Notes under the pieces: model-generated
Told to the model about the DNA's origin: nothing
Seen by the model: only the letters and a program-made list of their open reading frames with translations
Databases searched by the model: none
Shown: positions 1 through 11,730 of the stretch, one piece after another
Layout: each line of letters starts with the position of its first letter
Position numbering within the stretch: the first letter of the stretch is position 1
Made by a program: the position numbers and the translations under genes
DNA from: Oopsacas minuta
Lineage: Eukaryota; Animalia; Porifera
Assembly: GCA_024704765.1 (NCBI GenBank)
Contig: JAKMXF010000166.1
Coordinates: 248,001-312,000 of the forward strand
Reading direction: 5' to 3'
Length of the DNA: 64,000 nt

Positions 1-51
1 TTAATTCTTGGTGTGTCCTTGTTGGTTACAGTTATGCTAAAGATTAGATGA
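1..51 (+). CDS. 3' end (last 16 codons + stop) of a MATE-family transporter paralog running in from outside the window
   Basis: Bases 1-51 translate LILGVSLLVTVMLKIR*; 49/51 nt identical to the reverse complement of 26190-26240, the end of the MATE ORF (LILGVFLLVAVMLKIR*). Confidence 0.85.
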   Translation, partial: LILGVSLLVTVMLKIR

Positions 52-675
52 TGGATGCTTAGAACTCACTATTGCTTGTTTCTTGCCTAGATATTTGTTC
101 CTTATTATATTCTGCTTATAAATTATTATGTTTACCCCATTAATCATTATACATCTCTCAATTATATACGAAATCTAGATTATTAAATCTCAATTGTTGT
201 CTGTTTGTTTGTCCGTTGTCAAGGAAAGGATTTACGATATGCAATTTTGAATTGTCGCATAACTATGTATTTATCGTGTTTATCAAATAAGTAAATAGAT
301 TTCAATAAAACTTCACTAAATATATCAAACATGCTGAATCCGATTTTCGCACTTTTGGATTAATCATATGTAAATTTATTGTGATTTTTATGAATATGAA
401 GTAAACAAATTAGCCATATTTTAATGTATATATACAGGCTTGCCCTCAACGGCTACAAAGGGGGTTGATCTTACAAAATAATTCAATAATATATATGCCA
501 TATACGTATATTTGTGAATTACATTGTTCTAAATTTAACTATATTATAATACTCAAAGGGAGCGTCAATTTGGAGAATAATGGCCACTGCGAGGCGCAAT
601 GTACCGAGTTCATCGTGGAGTGACGAGCCAAAGACCCGTACAAATAATGTGCCCATGATACAAATAACTTATACA

Positions 676-820
676 TATAGCTCAGCTATAGTACAATTTT
701 TTGTATTAGCTTTTCCATCTTAGGAAGGTCATTTTTTCGGATTAATGAAAGTCACCTTTTCGAACGAGGGTATGAGGTTTTGTATTACCAGAAAACTGTA
801 CTATATAGCTCAGCTATATA
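676..820. mobile_element. Possible ~145-bp MITE
   Basis: TATAGCTCAGCTATAGTACAATTTT at the left end and AAAACTGTACTATATAGCTCAGCTATATA at the right end form imperfect terminal inverted repeats; TA-rich flanks; no ORF. Confidence 0.4.
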
Positions 821-1630
821 TATAAGGAATCTCCCCATGATATAAGCTCTGCTAAAAGCACAACAGCCACCTGTCTATATACCCACCTATATCAGCGATA
901 ACTGCATAATCGAACAAACTAGATTTGTGATAATTGTATACTTAGATTTATACGTGACGAGTTATGTAAAGTTAATCCTGCCGTAGAATGATGAACTCTC
1001 ATTGAAGGTTTTTGCATACGGTATATTTTCTGAATACAGTAGAACTCGGATAAGGCGTACCCCTTCGGGGAACCAAAATTAGTAGGTAAATACGGTAATA
1101 ACCGAAGTACTACACTTATCCGAATATTCGTCATATACAATTAGTAGCAAATTAGAGTATTAGCTTAAAACTCTTGGGAAATAAGATTCTTGCAATAGGC
1201 CACTGCAATCATAACGGAAGAATAGCATAGACAAACACTGATTTTGCTAATAGGCGTTTCCACTGATCTTGTGTTCTAGCTAGGTACTACAAAATCAGCT
1301 TGAAATTTGAAAATTTGGATAAATATAGGCAAGAATCTTTCTGACAAAATAATTGCATGGCCTCACAACTTGTCATTGTACAGTAGAATATGGTTTATGT
1401 GTACTCAGCTTAGGACCAACTTTTGGTTAGTATTTAGTCGTACTATTCTCCAAAATTATGCACACTAATTACCATACAAACTGTACTCTATGTGACTATG
1501 TCCATGAAAAAATTGCTAATACACTGATAATGATGTCATGGTCATGGCCACTATACCAATAATGTCCTGTGGTCCCTTATCAATATGTGATCTTTGAAAT
1601 ATTCGATTTATTTTTATAACAGCTAGTGAG

Positions 1631-3754
1631 ATGGATATACTGAGAGGGGCTACAGATAAACAGATTACTTTTGTCAAGTTACTAATCCTTACATTAGCAT
1701 CTCTTCTCGCATTCACAACCCGATTATTCTCAGTTCTAAGGTTTGAGAGTGTCATCCACGAATTCGATCCATACTTCAACTACCGTACAACTCAGTTCCT
1801 CGCTAAAGAAGGCTTCTATAACTTCCATAACTGGTTTGATGACAGAGCATGGTATCCATTGGGTAGGATTATTGGAGGTACAATATATCCTGGATTGATG
1901 ATGACGTCAGCTATGTTCTACCACATACTACACTATTTGAACATTACTATTGAGATACGTAATGTGTGTGTATTCCTTGCGCCTATTTTCTCGTCATTTA
2001 CTTGTATAGTCACCTACCATCTAACTAAGGAACTGAAAGGTCCTGGTGCAGGGCTAGTGGCTGCCTCAATGATTGCAATAGTACCTGGGTATATTAGTCG
2101 CTCAGTAGCTGGTTCATATGATAACGAGGGTATAGCTATATTCTGTATGTTGCTGACATACACGCTCTGGATCAAATCAGTAAAAACAGGTTCTATCTAC
2201 TGGTCAGTTATGTGTGCTCTTGCATACTTCTACATGGTGTCGTCATGGGGTGGGTATGTGTTCCTTATAAACCTTATTCCTATACACGTGCTAGTATTGA
2301 TGCTTACTGGGAGATTTTCGCATCGTATCTACATAGCTTATTCATCATTGTATATTATCGGTACTATTCTATCTATGCAGATTTCATTTGTTGGATTCCA
2401 GCCAGTACAGACAAGCGAGCATATGGGAGCTTTTGGTATATTCGGTTTGTGTCAGATTTATGCTTTTATCGAGTTTCTACGCTCTAAACTAAATCCACAA
2501 ATGTTTAATCACCTCTTCCGTATTCTACTAACTGTCGTACTAGCCGCTTTTGGATTCGTAGCTGTTGTTCTTCTCATAACCGGTAAGATAGCTCCATGGA
2601 CCGGTAGATTCTATTCCCTACTCGATCCCTCTTACGCTAAGAACAATATTCCAATCATAGCTAGCGTATCCGAGCATCAGCCCACCACCTGGTCTTCATT
2701 CTACTTCGATCTACAGATCCTTGTATTCCTATTTCCAGGAGGACTATACTTTTGTTTTGATAAACTAACAGATGAGAACATCTTCATTATCCTCTATGGG
2801 ATTACCAGTATATATTTTGCAGGAGTTATGGTTCGTTTAATGCTAGTACTAGCACCTGTTATGTGTATCGTGTCTGCTATAGGGGTATCATCTCTACTCA
2901 CTTCATTCACGAAGCATTGTGAAGCAGATGAGTCTAAATCTAAATCTAAGCCTAAGAATCAGGACTGGGAGCTGTTCAAGAAACAAGATGTATCTAAGTC
3001 AGCTTTATTTCTATTAGGTTTGATGTTACTGACATACTCATACCATTGTACGTGGGTGACGTCAGAGGCGTACTCCTCCCCCTCAATCGTGCTAGCGGCC
3101 CGACAGACAGACGGGTCTAAGATTATTTTTGATGATTTTAGAGAATCCTATTACTGGCTACGTCAGAACACAGCTCCTGATGCTAGGGTAATGTCCTGGT
3201 GGGATTACGGGTACCAGATAACCGCTATGGCTAATAGGACTATACTAGTGGATAACAATACTTGGAATAACACGCATATATCACGAGTAGGTCAGGCTAT
3301 GTCTTCAACAGAAGAGCATGCTTACGGGATTATGAGGGAGCTAGACGTGGATTATGTGCTTGTTATTTTTGGTGGATTAACTGGATATGCTTCTGATGAT
3401 ATTAACAAGTTCCTGTGGATGGTTAGGATCGGTGGAAGCACACCTGAAGGAGAACACATTAAAGAACCTGACTATTACACTCCACAGGGAGAGTTCAGAG
3501 TTGACAGAGAGGGTTCACCTGTGCTGCTGAACTGTTTGATGTATAAACTCTGTTACTATAGGTTTGGACAGGTTTATACTGAAGCTAACCAGCCTACTGG
3601 ATATGATCGTGTCAGGAATGTAGAGATAGGAAATAAGGACTTTGATCTGAAGGTGATGGAAGAGGCTTACACAAGCGAGCATTGGATTGTTAGAATTTAC
3701 AAAGTTAAGTCTCTACCAAATCTCGGAGACCCTCGCTTCCCTTCTGAAGAATAG
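1631..3754 (+). CDS. STT3A: Oligosaccharyltransferase catalytic subunit STT3 (STT3A-like), single-exon CDS
   Basis: 707-aa ORF with [34 protein letters not shown] and DINKFLWM motifs; many TM segments. Confidence 0.97.
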   Translation: MDILRGATDKQITFVKLLILTLASLLAFTTRLFSVLRFESVIHEFDPYFNYRTTQFLAKEGFYNFHNWFDDRAWYPLGRIIGGTIYPGLMMTSAMFYHILHYLNITIEIRNVCVFLAPIFSSFTCIVTYHLTKELKGPGAGLVAASMIAIVPGYISRSVAGSYDNEGIAIFCMLLTYTLWIKSVKTGSIYWSVMCALAYFYMVSSWGGYVFLINLIPIHVLVLMLTGRFSHRIYIAYSSLYIIGTILSMQISFVGFQPVQTSEHMGAFGIFGLCQIYAFIEFLRSKLNPQMFNHLFRILLTVVLAAFGFVAVVLLITGKIAPWTGRFYSLLDPSYAKNNIPIIASVSEHQPTTWSSFYFDLQILVFLFPGGLYFCFDKLTDENIFIILYGITSIYFAGVMVRLMLVLAPVMCIVSAIGVSSLLTSFTKHCEADESKSKSKPKNQDWELFKKQDVSKSALFLLGLMLLTYSYHCTWVTSEAYSSPSIVLAARQTDGSKIIFDDFRESYYWLRQNTAPDARVMSWWDYGYQITAMANRTILVDNNTWNNTHISRVGQAMSSTEEHAYGIMRELDVDYVLVIFGGLTGYASDDINKFLWMVRIGGSTPEGEHIKEPDYYTPQGEFRVDREGSPVLLNCLMYKLCYYRFGQVYTEANQPTGYDRVRNVEIGNKDFDLKVMEEAYTSEHWIVRIYKVKSLPNLGDPRFPSEE

Positions 3755-3887
3755 ACAGCTTATTAGGAGAGAATTTGATATTTTGTTATCTAAATAGTTA
3801 GTGTGATTATTGCTAGGATTATTTGTATTAGTTAATAATGCAATGCTATTAGTTATAATAAGGTGTTACATTTGAGATCGCTTAACC

Positions 3888-3983
3888 TTACGTAATGTAT
3901 ATTCCTGAAATTATACACCCCTATCCCTTGCACGCTATTGTCATACAACCCCTTATTAGTGTTACGTAATATTTGAACAATCC
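3888..3983. mobile_element. Degenerate, internally deleted relative of the MITE at 41262-41426
   Basis: TTACGTAAT...CCTGAAATTATACACCCCTATCCCTTGCACGCT...GTGTTACGTAATATTTGAAC aligns by eye with TTACGTAAC...CCTGAATTTTGACACCCCTCTCCCTGTGTCACGCT...GCGTTACGTAACGTTTGAAC. Confidence 0.5.
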
Positions 3984-4182
3984 ATTATACTTATAGTCTT
4001 AAGTGATGTGAAATTTGAGAATTGATATTCCATTGCGTGAATTCACTATTGATTTTACAGTGTAACTTCCATACCCTGTTTTCTGCAAAATTTCCTGTTC
4101 GTGGAGGTGCATTTATATGGGACTAGGAATTCGCACTATTTATTTTACTCCGTTTCCCCATTTAGTGGAGGGTTCACCATAT

Positions 4183-4821
4183 CTATGAACTTACAAAATA
4201 CATATTCTTACCTAGTCCATATAGATTGAATGCTTTTGGTAATTGAGAACCCACTTCAATATATTGGTCATAAAATAGCAAGGAGTTTCCTACTGAAGAG
4301 TTGAATATAACTTCACCACTAGTAGCTCTCTCTACCGCAAACCAAAATACTTCATTTAATTCTGATGTTTCAATGTTATAATTTAAATATACCGGCTTGT
4401 TGGTAGGAGGGTTTGGTGCTGGTACAATACGAGTAGGAATCTCCCAGCGGTGATTGTTAGGATCGTATATCTTCACCCTTAAGCGATCAGCTGTTTCCAT
4501 ATAGATGTCTACTTGTAATGGTGTAATTGCTATCCCGTATTTCGCTGGGATAATATCTTTAGTGGTTAATACAAGGGTGTAACCATTTGAGGTTGTTTCC
4601 TTAGAAGAAACTTTGTAGATCGCAGGCTTGAATATTTTATGGTAACAATTCGGTCCCAGTCTACTCTGTGCCCAACAACAATTGTAGTTATGACAATCTT
4701 GTTCTGTCATATTTAACCAACCACAGTTTTGTAAGTTCTTCGCATTGTCGTCACAAATCTGAGCGTTTATCCCCCATACAGTGAGTAGAAATGCAGCTGT
4801 AAATAGAAGTCGCATTCTCAT
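4183..4821 (-). CDS. Secreted trefoil (P-type) domain + N-terminal beta-sandwich of a GH31 alpha-glucosidase (GAA/MGAM-like); first exon or truncated gene
   Basis: Signal peptide; trefoil cysteines (CDD..NCGW..CHNYNCCW..PNCY); LQVDIYMETADRLRVKIYDPNNHRWEIP; LLFYDQYIE..LYGLG. GTAAG donor directly after YGL-G; no GH31 catalytic exons found downstream. Confidence 0.8.
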   Translation of the reverse strand: MRMRLLFTAAFLLTVWGINAQICDDNAKNLQNCGWLNMTEQDCHNYNCCWAQSRLGPNCYHKIFKPAIYKVSSKETTSNGYTLVLTTKDIIPAKYGIAITPLQVDIYMETADRLRVKIYDPNNHRWEIPTRIVPAPNPPTNKPVYLNYNIETSELNEVFWFAVERATSGEVIFNSSVGNSLLFYDQYIEVGSQLPKAFNLYGLGKNMYFVSS

Positions 4822-4955
4822 TTTCTCCTAGAACACATTCAAAAGATAATAGTTTGTGGTGCAACTCATGTAGTGGTTCTCATTTTATTTTATTACTTTG
4901 TCATTTGAATTACGAAGGCCCTAATATTTAGGCCAATTTACATTGCCAAAATTGT

Positions 4956-5195
4956 TACCGTAAACTGGGGCTACTTTGGCCCACTGGGTTTGCTTTAGCC
5001 CAAATATTGAAATTTCCTTACGTATCGAATAGTTATTGTATTTGTATTCGAAATTGTCTACCAATATTTGAAAATTCGTTAAAAATTTGGTAAGTCATAT
5101 TCAAGTATAATACTGAATCTAATCTAGTTACTTTGAAACTTTGATATTTGGGTTAAAGCAAACCCAGTGGGCCAAAGTAGCCCCAGACTACGGTA
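4956..5195. mobile_element. MITE, TA-flanked, pogo/Tc2-type ends (CCGTA)
   Basis: ~55-bp TIRs: TACCGTAAACTGGGGCTACTTTGGCCCACTGGGTTTGCTTTAGCCCAAATAT vs reverse complement of the right end TACCGTAGTCTGGGGCTACTTTGGCCCACTGGGTTTGCTTTAACCCAAATAT. Confidence 0.85.
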
Positions 5196-5627
5196 TGTAT
5201 AAACCATAACATAGTAGAAACGAAAAAGTTCATTTATGCAAATAATAAGTGGTCTATTTTTTGTAAATACATATTATAACGAGCCTGTTTACTCCTGTCT
5301 AGCTAGAATTCTACGTTTATTGCTAATCATTTTATTTGTTAAGCAAAAAATACGCTGCCTATTGGGAGTAATTTACCCCAGGTTGAGAATTACTGAATTA
5401 ATATATGAAATGGGACTGTATTAATTCAGATGGAAAACTTAAATACGCCCAGTATTCCCTTGTGATAATTATATAAGACATTTGATCCAGTAAGATATTG
5501 GATAGGTTTTCAAATACGTAATTGTAAGAATTATTTTATTGGAATTTTATTAACAGAATTTATTACTTATTAATTTTTACACAAATTCACTGTTCATAAA
5601 ATTTGCTACTAATATCATTTATTCATT

Positions 5628-6638
5628 ATGAACTCTCTGGATGAATTTGATTCTAATTTGTTCACCAATAATTTAGACTTTCTCCTAAAGAGAACTGTAG
5701 ACAATTTGTTAACAAATATAGATCTTATTGAGTTCGATATTAATCTGGTTAAAGAAGTTATAAATGATCTGGTATTAGAATGCCAACAACTCTATACTAC
5801 ATTCGCGTTTGAATTTCATTTTTTGACAGGGAAAGAGAGTGCTTGGATTAACCAATTGACTGGTAATACTCAGATCCAAGAACAACATTTAGTACTAATT
5901 AATATGTATTTAGAATTGGTACCCGAATTCTGTGACCAATTTCCAAAACTGGTAATCCTGAATTCTTGTAGTGGGGATATTCTTCAATGTTGGTACTATC
6001 TCAAACAAAATATCCCAAATAAACAGCAACAAAGTATGGATTTAGATGTGCACCTAGACAGGCCAGTGTTGGATAGAGATTCTTGGTATTTGATAAGCTC
6101 TACGTGGTATAAAGCATGGTTGAAATACGTGTATACTACAGATACGGTATCCAATAGACAATCATTTCCTGTACCAATTGACAATAGAAGTCTACTACAA
6201 GGTATGTGTATTAAATCACATCTATGTCAAATGTTCCACTACCATTTAATCCCAGAGGAAAAATGGCAATATCTCATATCATGGTATGGTATAGCTACAA
6301 AGAGTATTCCTATTAGAAGGATAGCTGTTAGGATGAGTTTAATATCAACCCAACCAATTATTGAAATATATCCTATTCGCGTTAAATGCTCGATTCTGAA
6401 TACCGGAAGTTGGGAAATCATTAGAGCTAGTAGGATGGAGACAGTGTACGAATTGCTTGAGAGAGTAAAGTTAGCTTTAAAGATAGTTTGTAATAGAAAT
6501 AATTCTATTTCTATTTATAAAGTTACACTAAATGATATTGAATTATTAACTGATCTGGATCAACAGCTGGAAAATGCTAAATTCTTAGATGGACAAGAAG
6601 TTTTTGTACAATTGAGGAATGAACACAGAGTATTCTAG
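5628..6638 (+). CDS. DUSP + UBL domain protein (USP4/11/15 N-terminus-like) without a USP catalytic domain
   Basis: WYLISSTWYKAWLKYV, PIDNRSLL, YHLIPEEKWQYLISWYG, IEIYP, SRMETV..L..AKFLDGQEVFVQ match the DUSP-UBL module; ORF stops immediately after the UBL. Confidence 0.8.
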   Translation: MNSLDEFDSNLFTNNLDFLLKRTVDNLLTNIDLIEFDINLVKEVINDLVLECQQLYTTFAFEFHFLTGKESAWINQLTGNTQIQEQHLVLINMYLELVPEFCDQFPKLVILNSCSGDILQCWYYLKQNIPNKQQQSMDLDVHLDRPVLDRDSWYLISSTWYKAWLKYVYTTDTVSNRQSFPVPIDNRSLLQGMCIKSHLCQMFHYHLIPEEKWQYLISWYGIATKSIPIRRIAVRMSLISTQPIIEIYPIRVKCSILNTGSWEIIRASRMETVYELLERVKLALKIVCNRNNSISIYKVTLNDIELLTDLDQQLENAKFLDGQEVFVQLRNEHRVF

Positions 6639-7285
6639 ATATATCATACGTACAGTATGTTATTGTATACATTTCATATTTTAAACATTGTAATATTCAC
6701 TTTTCAAAATTATATATGCGATTTCAAACCACAAGATATATTTGGGAATACCACAATTCACACCATAAAATACCAAAATCTGACACGCGTGATGCTCAAA
6801 ACTCCCTACAGGATCTTAGGTGAGGTTCGAATTCACCCGAGAAATCTGGAAATTTATCATACTAATTTTCGGTATCTTATAAATAGTATGTACGTATATT
6901 AAAAATATGCTTTATATAAAGTCAGTAATTATGCAAAATTAATCTCTATTGTGTTTATTTTAATTTTGATAACAATACCACTATACTATAGGCTGTGTAA
7001 TGTATTGGAAAATATATATACAATACAATTGTATAAATACGTTTACTGAAAACTTTTTGGACATTTTGACCGCTATTAAGTCGAGGTGTCACAAGTCCTG
7101 TCAATACTGTAAAAGTAGATTTATTGTTCAAAGTTGGCAATTTTAATTTACTAAGCAATGAACTCTATAAATTCTCACTGAAATTTTCAATTTTTACATG
7201 CACACACAGTTTAGACTATTATATAGCTAAGTACCACATAGTTCACTATAGTACATAATAGCATTCACTAGATTTCCTAAATAAA

Positions 7286-9918
7286 ATGGACAGTGATGAC
7301 GATCCTGACGAACATAACATTCTTCTGAGATACCAACCTGAGAAAGATTTGGATATTAATGGAGATGGACAGATTGATTATACAACTGTCATCCCGAAAG
7401 AGCAAAACATGGGTACTAACAATGACGTATCTGATTATGAAACAGAAATAACAACTTCCGAAGTGAAATCAATCAATGATAAACTAGCTGACAAATATGA
7501 GGCTGCCTTGCAAACCACCGGATTCGGACCATTCTCTGTTTATCTGTTGATATTCTGTGGTATTACTCTCATGGCTGATACTACAGAGATTCTGTGTGTT
7601 TCATTTGTTATGCCCTCTGCAGAGAGAGACCTGTGTCTCACAGACTGGATGAAAGGACTGATAGGGTCAATCATTTTTGTAGGTAATGTTCTGCTAAGAC
7701 TAAATACTCTCTTCATAGCAAAGCTCAAGGGAAATAATACGAGATAACGGAAGTTGAATGTACATGCAACCAAATTTGACGAATTTTTAATTTATCTGTA
7801 TTTAACAAATTGCAGCAACTTTCCATTAATTTCTCACTTGTACTTGTACTTTTATTATATAGGAATGCTGATAGGAGGTTATACATGGGGATCTCTTGCA
7901 GATCAAATAGGTCGTAGATCATGTCTCTTCCTCTCTATTACTATGAACGGAATTTTCGGACTGGCATCTGCTTTTGTAACTCACTCAATAACTTTTTGTA
8001 TCTTACGTTTCTTGAGTGGAGTGGGAGTGGGTGCTTCACTCCCTGTAGTATTCTCTTATTACTCTGAATTTCTAACACAGAAAGTTAGAGGAAGACTTAT
8101 ATCCGTACTGTCTGTATTCTGGATGTGTGGACAGATTACTACTAGTGTATTTGCTATAGCAGTCATACCAAGGGTTAGTTATATGCAGATTTAGTGAGTC
8201 ATACTATTCTACATTAAATATTCCGCCCAAATTCATTTCAACTCCCACATAGTTCGACATAAATATGTTTTATTATTGTTCAACTACGTATTGTGTTATT
8301 TATCTGTCAAATTAATGACAGAAGTCACAACCGTTTTCCTTCGTCTAGCATGACGCGTTCTACCTTCAAATTTTCTAAAGATTGATGACTCAATTCCGTA
8401 TATAATATCATGCTATTAGTATTGTTATTAACAACTATTGAAACATTATTATTATTTTAGGATATCAACATTCATATTGGAAGTTACGCTATTAACAGTT
8501 GGCGTATATTTGTGTGTCTATGCACGATACCAGCTTTCACATCTTCTGTCCTATCGCTGCTAATGCCAGAAAGTCCTCGTTATCTTCTCGTAAAAGGCAA
8601 GAGAGAGAAATCACTCGAAATATTGCGATTAATTTACCGAATAAATAAATTCAAAGGTAGAGATACGACCTATCCAGTTGCTATAGATTCTCTTTTCAAA
8701 GTTAATCTAAATACTGAACCTAAAGGATCAAGCAATCCGTTACGCCTGATTAAACTCGCTCTTATTAAGATATTCCTTGTATTAAAAGCTACTATACATC
8801 TATTCAGTAGAGGTTTATGGATACGTACAACCGTATTAATTGTTGTAGTATTTATGATGTCATTCTCTACTTATGGCATTACCTTATGGTTCCCTGAATA
8901 TGTTAAGAAATTACAGCAGAATTCTTTGGAGAATACACATTGTCATAATGTTACAGGAATTAAGCCTAGCCCTACTGGCGTTTATGTAAATATGCATTTC
9001 CGTGACTGTAAACTCGATCCCAATTTCTATAATTCTCCTTCATTTATTGGATGTTCTTTTGATAATGTTTATATTCAAAATGGCAACTTCAGCAAGCTGA
9101 GTTTGTTTAACGTGACTCTCTCTAGTGTTCAATTCAAAAACGTTAGTTTTAACAATCTACAAATACGAAATTCTAATTTAGAAAGTACAACCTTTCACTC
9201 TGCTAATGTAACGAATTTCACATTCTATCAAGTTGAATCCGAAAGGTTGATATTAAGAAATTCTCGTATTTATACCGGCTCAATACTATCTTCATATATG
9301 GACAGATTAGATTTATATACTTCTAGAATATCTAAGCTTAAAATTAAGAAAAGTACGATATTGGATATTCAATTGGATGTTGATAACAATTATAATTCAA
9401 CAGCTATAAACTCTACACTGGCTTACAGCAGAGATCCTTGTCCTATTAACTTCAATGAGAATTATGACTCTACCAAACTATTTTTGGAATCTCTTTTTTT
9501 TGCGTTGGCGAATTTACCAGGAAACTTGTTGACAGTCTTACTAATTGACTACATCCCACGTAAATGGATTATGAGTGTTGTTTTATTGTTATCTGGGATA
9601 AGCGTGTTTACTCTATGGCAAGTCCCTACTGAGACTGTATCTGTTATTTTACTATGTTTATTCAATGGGATTAACGTAATCTCATGGAATGTTTTTAATG
9701 TTTTAACTGCTGAAGTTTACCCTACAGTTGTTCGATCTACTGCTTCAGGTTTTCTGAGTGCGATAAACCGAATTGGTGCTATAGTCGGTGTTAATCTATT
9801 TGCTGTTTTTATTGACCTTAACCCAGCTGTTCCTATATTGATTGTAGCTGGTATGCTAGGTATATCAGGCTTGTTAGCTTTGCTACTGCCAAGAGTTGAA
9901 AAGCAAAGTTTAAAATAA
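7286..9918 (+). CDS. SV2: Synaptic vesicle glycoprotein 2-like MFS transporter; join(7286..7682,7863..8173,8461..9918)
   Basis: MADTTEILCVSFVMPSAERDLCL, WGSLADQIGRR, PESPRYLL, WFPEY, luminal pentapeptide repeats, EVYPTVVRSTASG. Two GT-AG introns (7683-7862 phase 1; 8174-8460 phase 0) join the three ORF pieces in frame. Confidence 0.9.
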
Positions 9919-10110
9919 TTAATACAGATGATACAGACGTTTATTTTGCATGTTTGTCTTATGGGAACAATCTATTTAGAGTATTTCAAAGTATCTACGT
10001 TTTGTGTCCCATATTTATTGTCTGGATATGACAATTTTGTATTTGATTACGAATACTGATATTTAGTATATTATGTCTCCCAACATTTTCTTTAATTCAT
10101 AAGTAAACGC

Positions 10111-10291
10111 CATACTTGCCAACAATAGTCAAGCAAAAAGCGAGACGAAAGGTTCTTTTTAGCGGGAAATGCCGGGATGTAGAATATTTACACTAGACTG
10201 GGCTACGAAAACGATTAAGATTTTTGGGAAGTTTTGGCTGGACATTAAGCTTCAAAACATATCAGAAATGGCGGGAAAGTTAGCAAGTATG
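10111..10291. mobile_element. MITE-like element
   Basis: Terminal inverted repeats CATACTTGCCAAC / GTTAGCAAGTATG (12 of 13 match); AAACG present in both flanks. Confidence 0.55.
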
Positions 10292-11730
10292 AAACGTAAT
10301 CTTAAAATATGGCTTCCTTAACTTTTTACATTGTAATATATAAATGTTCATGTTTAGCCTCAGTTCCTCAAGTATTTTCTCTTTCTTTCAATATTCTTAC
10401 TGGTAACTGCGTATTTAGCTGTGTTCCCGATTAATTGTCTGTACAGATAATTATATAATGAATAAAATAAGGAGACACTATTCCAACAATTATCCTGGAA
10501 TTTTATGTGGTAATATACACATTGGTAGTTTGCTTGCTTGAAACTATTATTATTAGAAATCCACATACTTGAGACCTAGCTCAGCCCACAGGGAATTGTA
10601 TACGTACTATTATAAGAATGGTATACTGCTATAGTTTGGAAATTACCTAAATATTCCTAGTGGATTATGTGCTTAGATAATATTGCGGTTGTCATTAGTT
10701 CACTCCTTAGGAATTTTATATAAATAGAATATTTATTCTGTTTGTAATAAATACAAATATTTCGGGATTTTTGGGTAGAAAATTTACAATATGCTTCTCA
10801 GCTCAGGGACTACTAAATTTCAAGTATAAGGTGAGTTTATTAGAAATCCCTGTAGTTAAATTAAACGAGACGTGCTAGCAACTCATCGACGTGATTTAAC
10901 CCTGTTAGTGTTTCTTTGGATTTTAGCGACTGTTAGGAAGAACATTTACATTTTGATAATTTTAAGTTTTTACAGATAAATTTTCGGTTTATTTAATTAA
11001 TAATTCCAAATCATCTTAAGTTAATCAATTGTAACAATCATAAGTCGATCAATCGCTGAACCTCTATTATATAATTCGAATGTATTTTATCCACCAAATT
11101 ATAGTAATTTTCGATGAAGAAAGGTTTCAACATCCATCTTACATTCTAGGCATAGTAAATATGCCTAGAATTATGAATATAATTATTTGTCACTTCCCGG
11201 ACATAGCTTAGGTAGTGAAAAATTCTCAGGCAATTGACGGTCTACGAATAGATCTTCAAATAAGTAAGCACAATTAAGTTTCTCATCTTTCATACGTAAA
11301 TTCTGAAAGATGCTTGGAAATTACATTGTGTACTCAGAATTAGATTCTGAGATTTTCAAAGCGACGATTACGTCTTCATCATATGATTAACCACATGTTC
11401 ACACCATTTAGGTAATATCAAAGGATATATTAAATTTCATGAGCCATGGGGTAAAGTAATTGAACAAAAACTGACTCCAAGCGGTACTTGCAGCAGCTGT
11501 CAACCAGCATTTTCCTTTGATGAATGTAACTGCAAGCGAATCTTTCTTATTGATAAACCTTTTTGGCCATAACAACAGCATTCCCGCCCAATCACTAGAA
11601 TATATATTCTTATACAGGGATCATAAATGTTTTATATAAAAAATACGGCGTTTACTTATACGTATAGCATTCAGTTCAGGATGGGGGATAAAATTGAGAT
11701 AGGCGGGATGAGAGATAAGTAATATATATA

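Noticed and set aside
170-620. Helitron-like start (TCTAGATTATTAAATCTC..TGTCTGTTTGTTTGTCC) with a short match to 25968-25995
   Set aside because: Suggestive only; termini could not be defined by eye.
11385-11572. ~60-codon Cys-containing open frame (KFHEPWGKV..CSSCQ..CNCKR)
   Set aside because: No start, no convincing splice partner, no family recognised.
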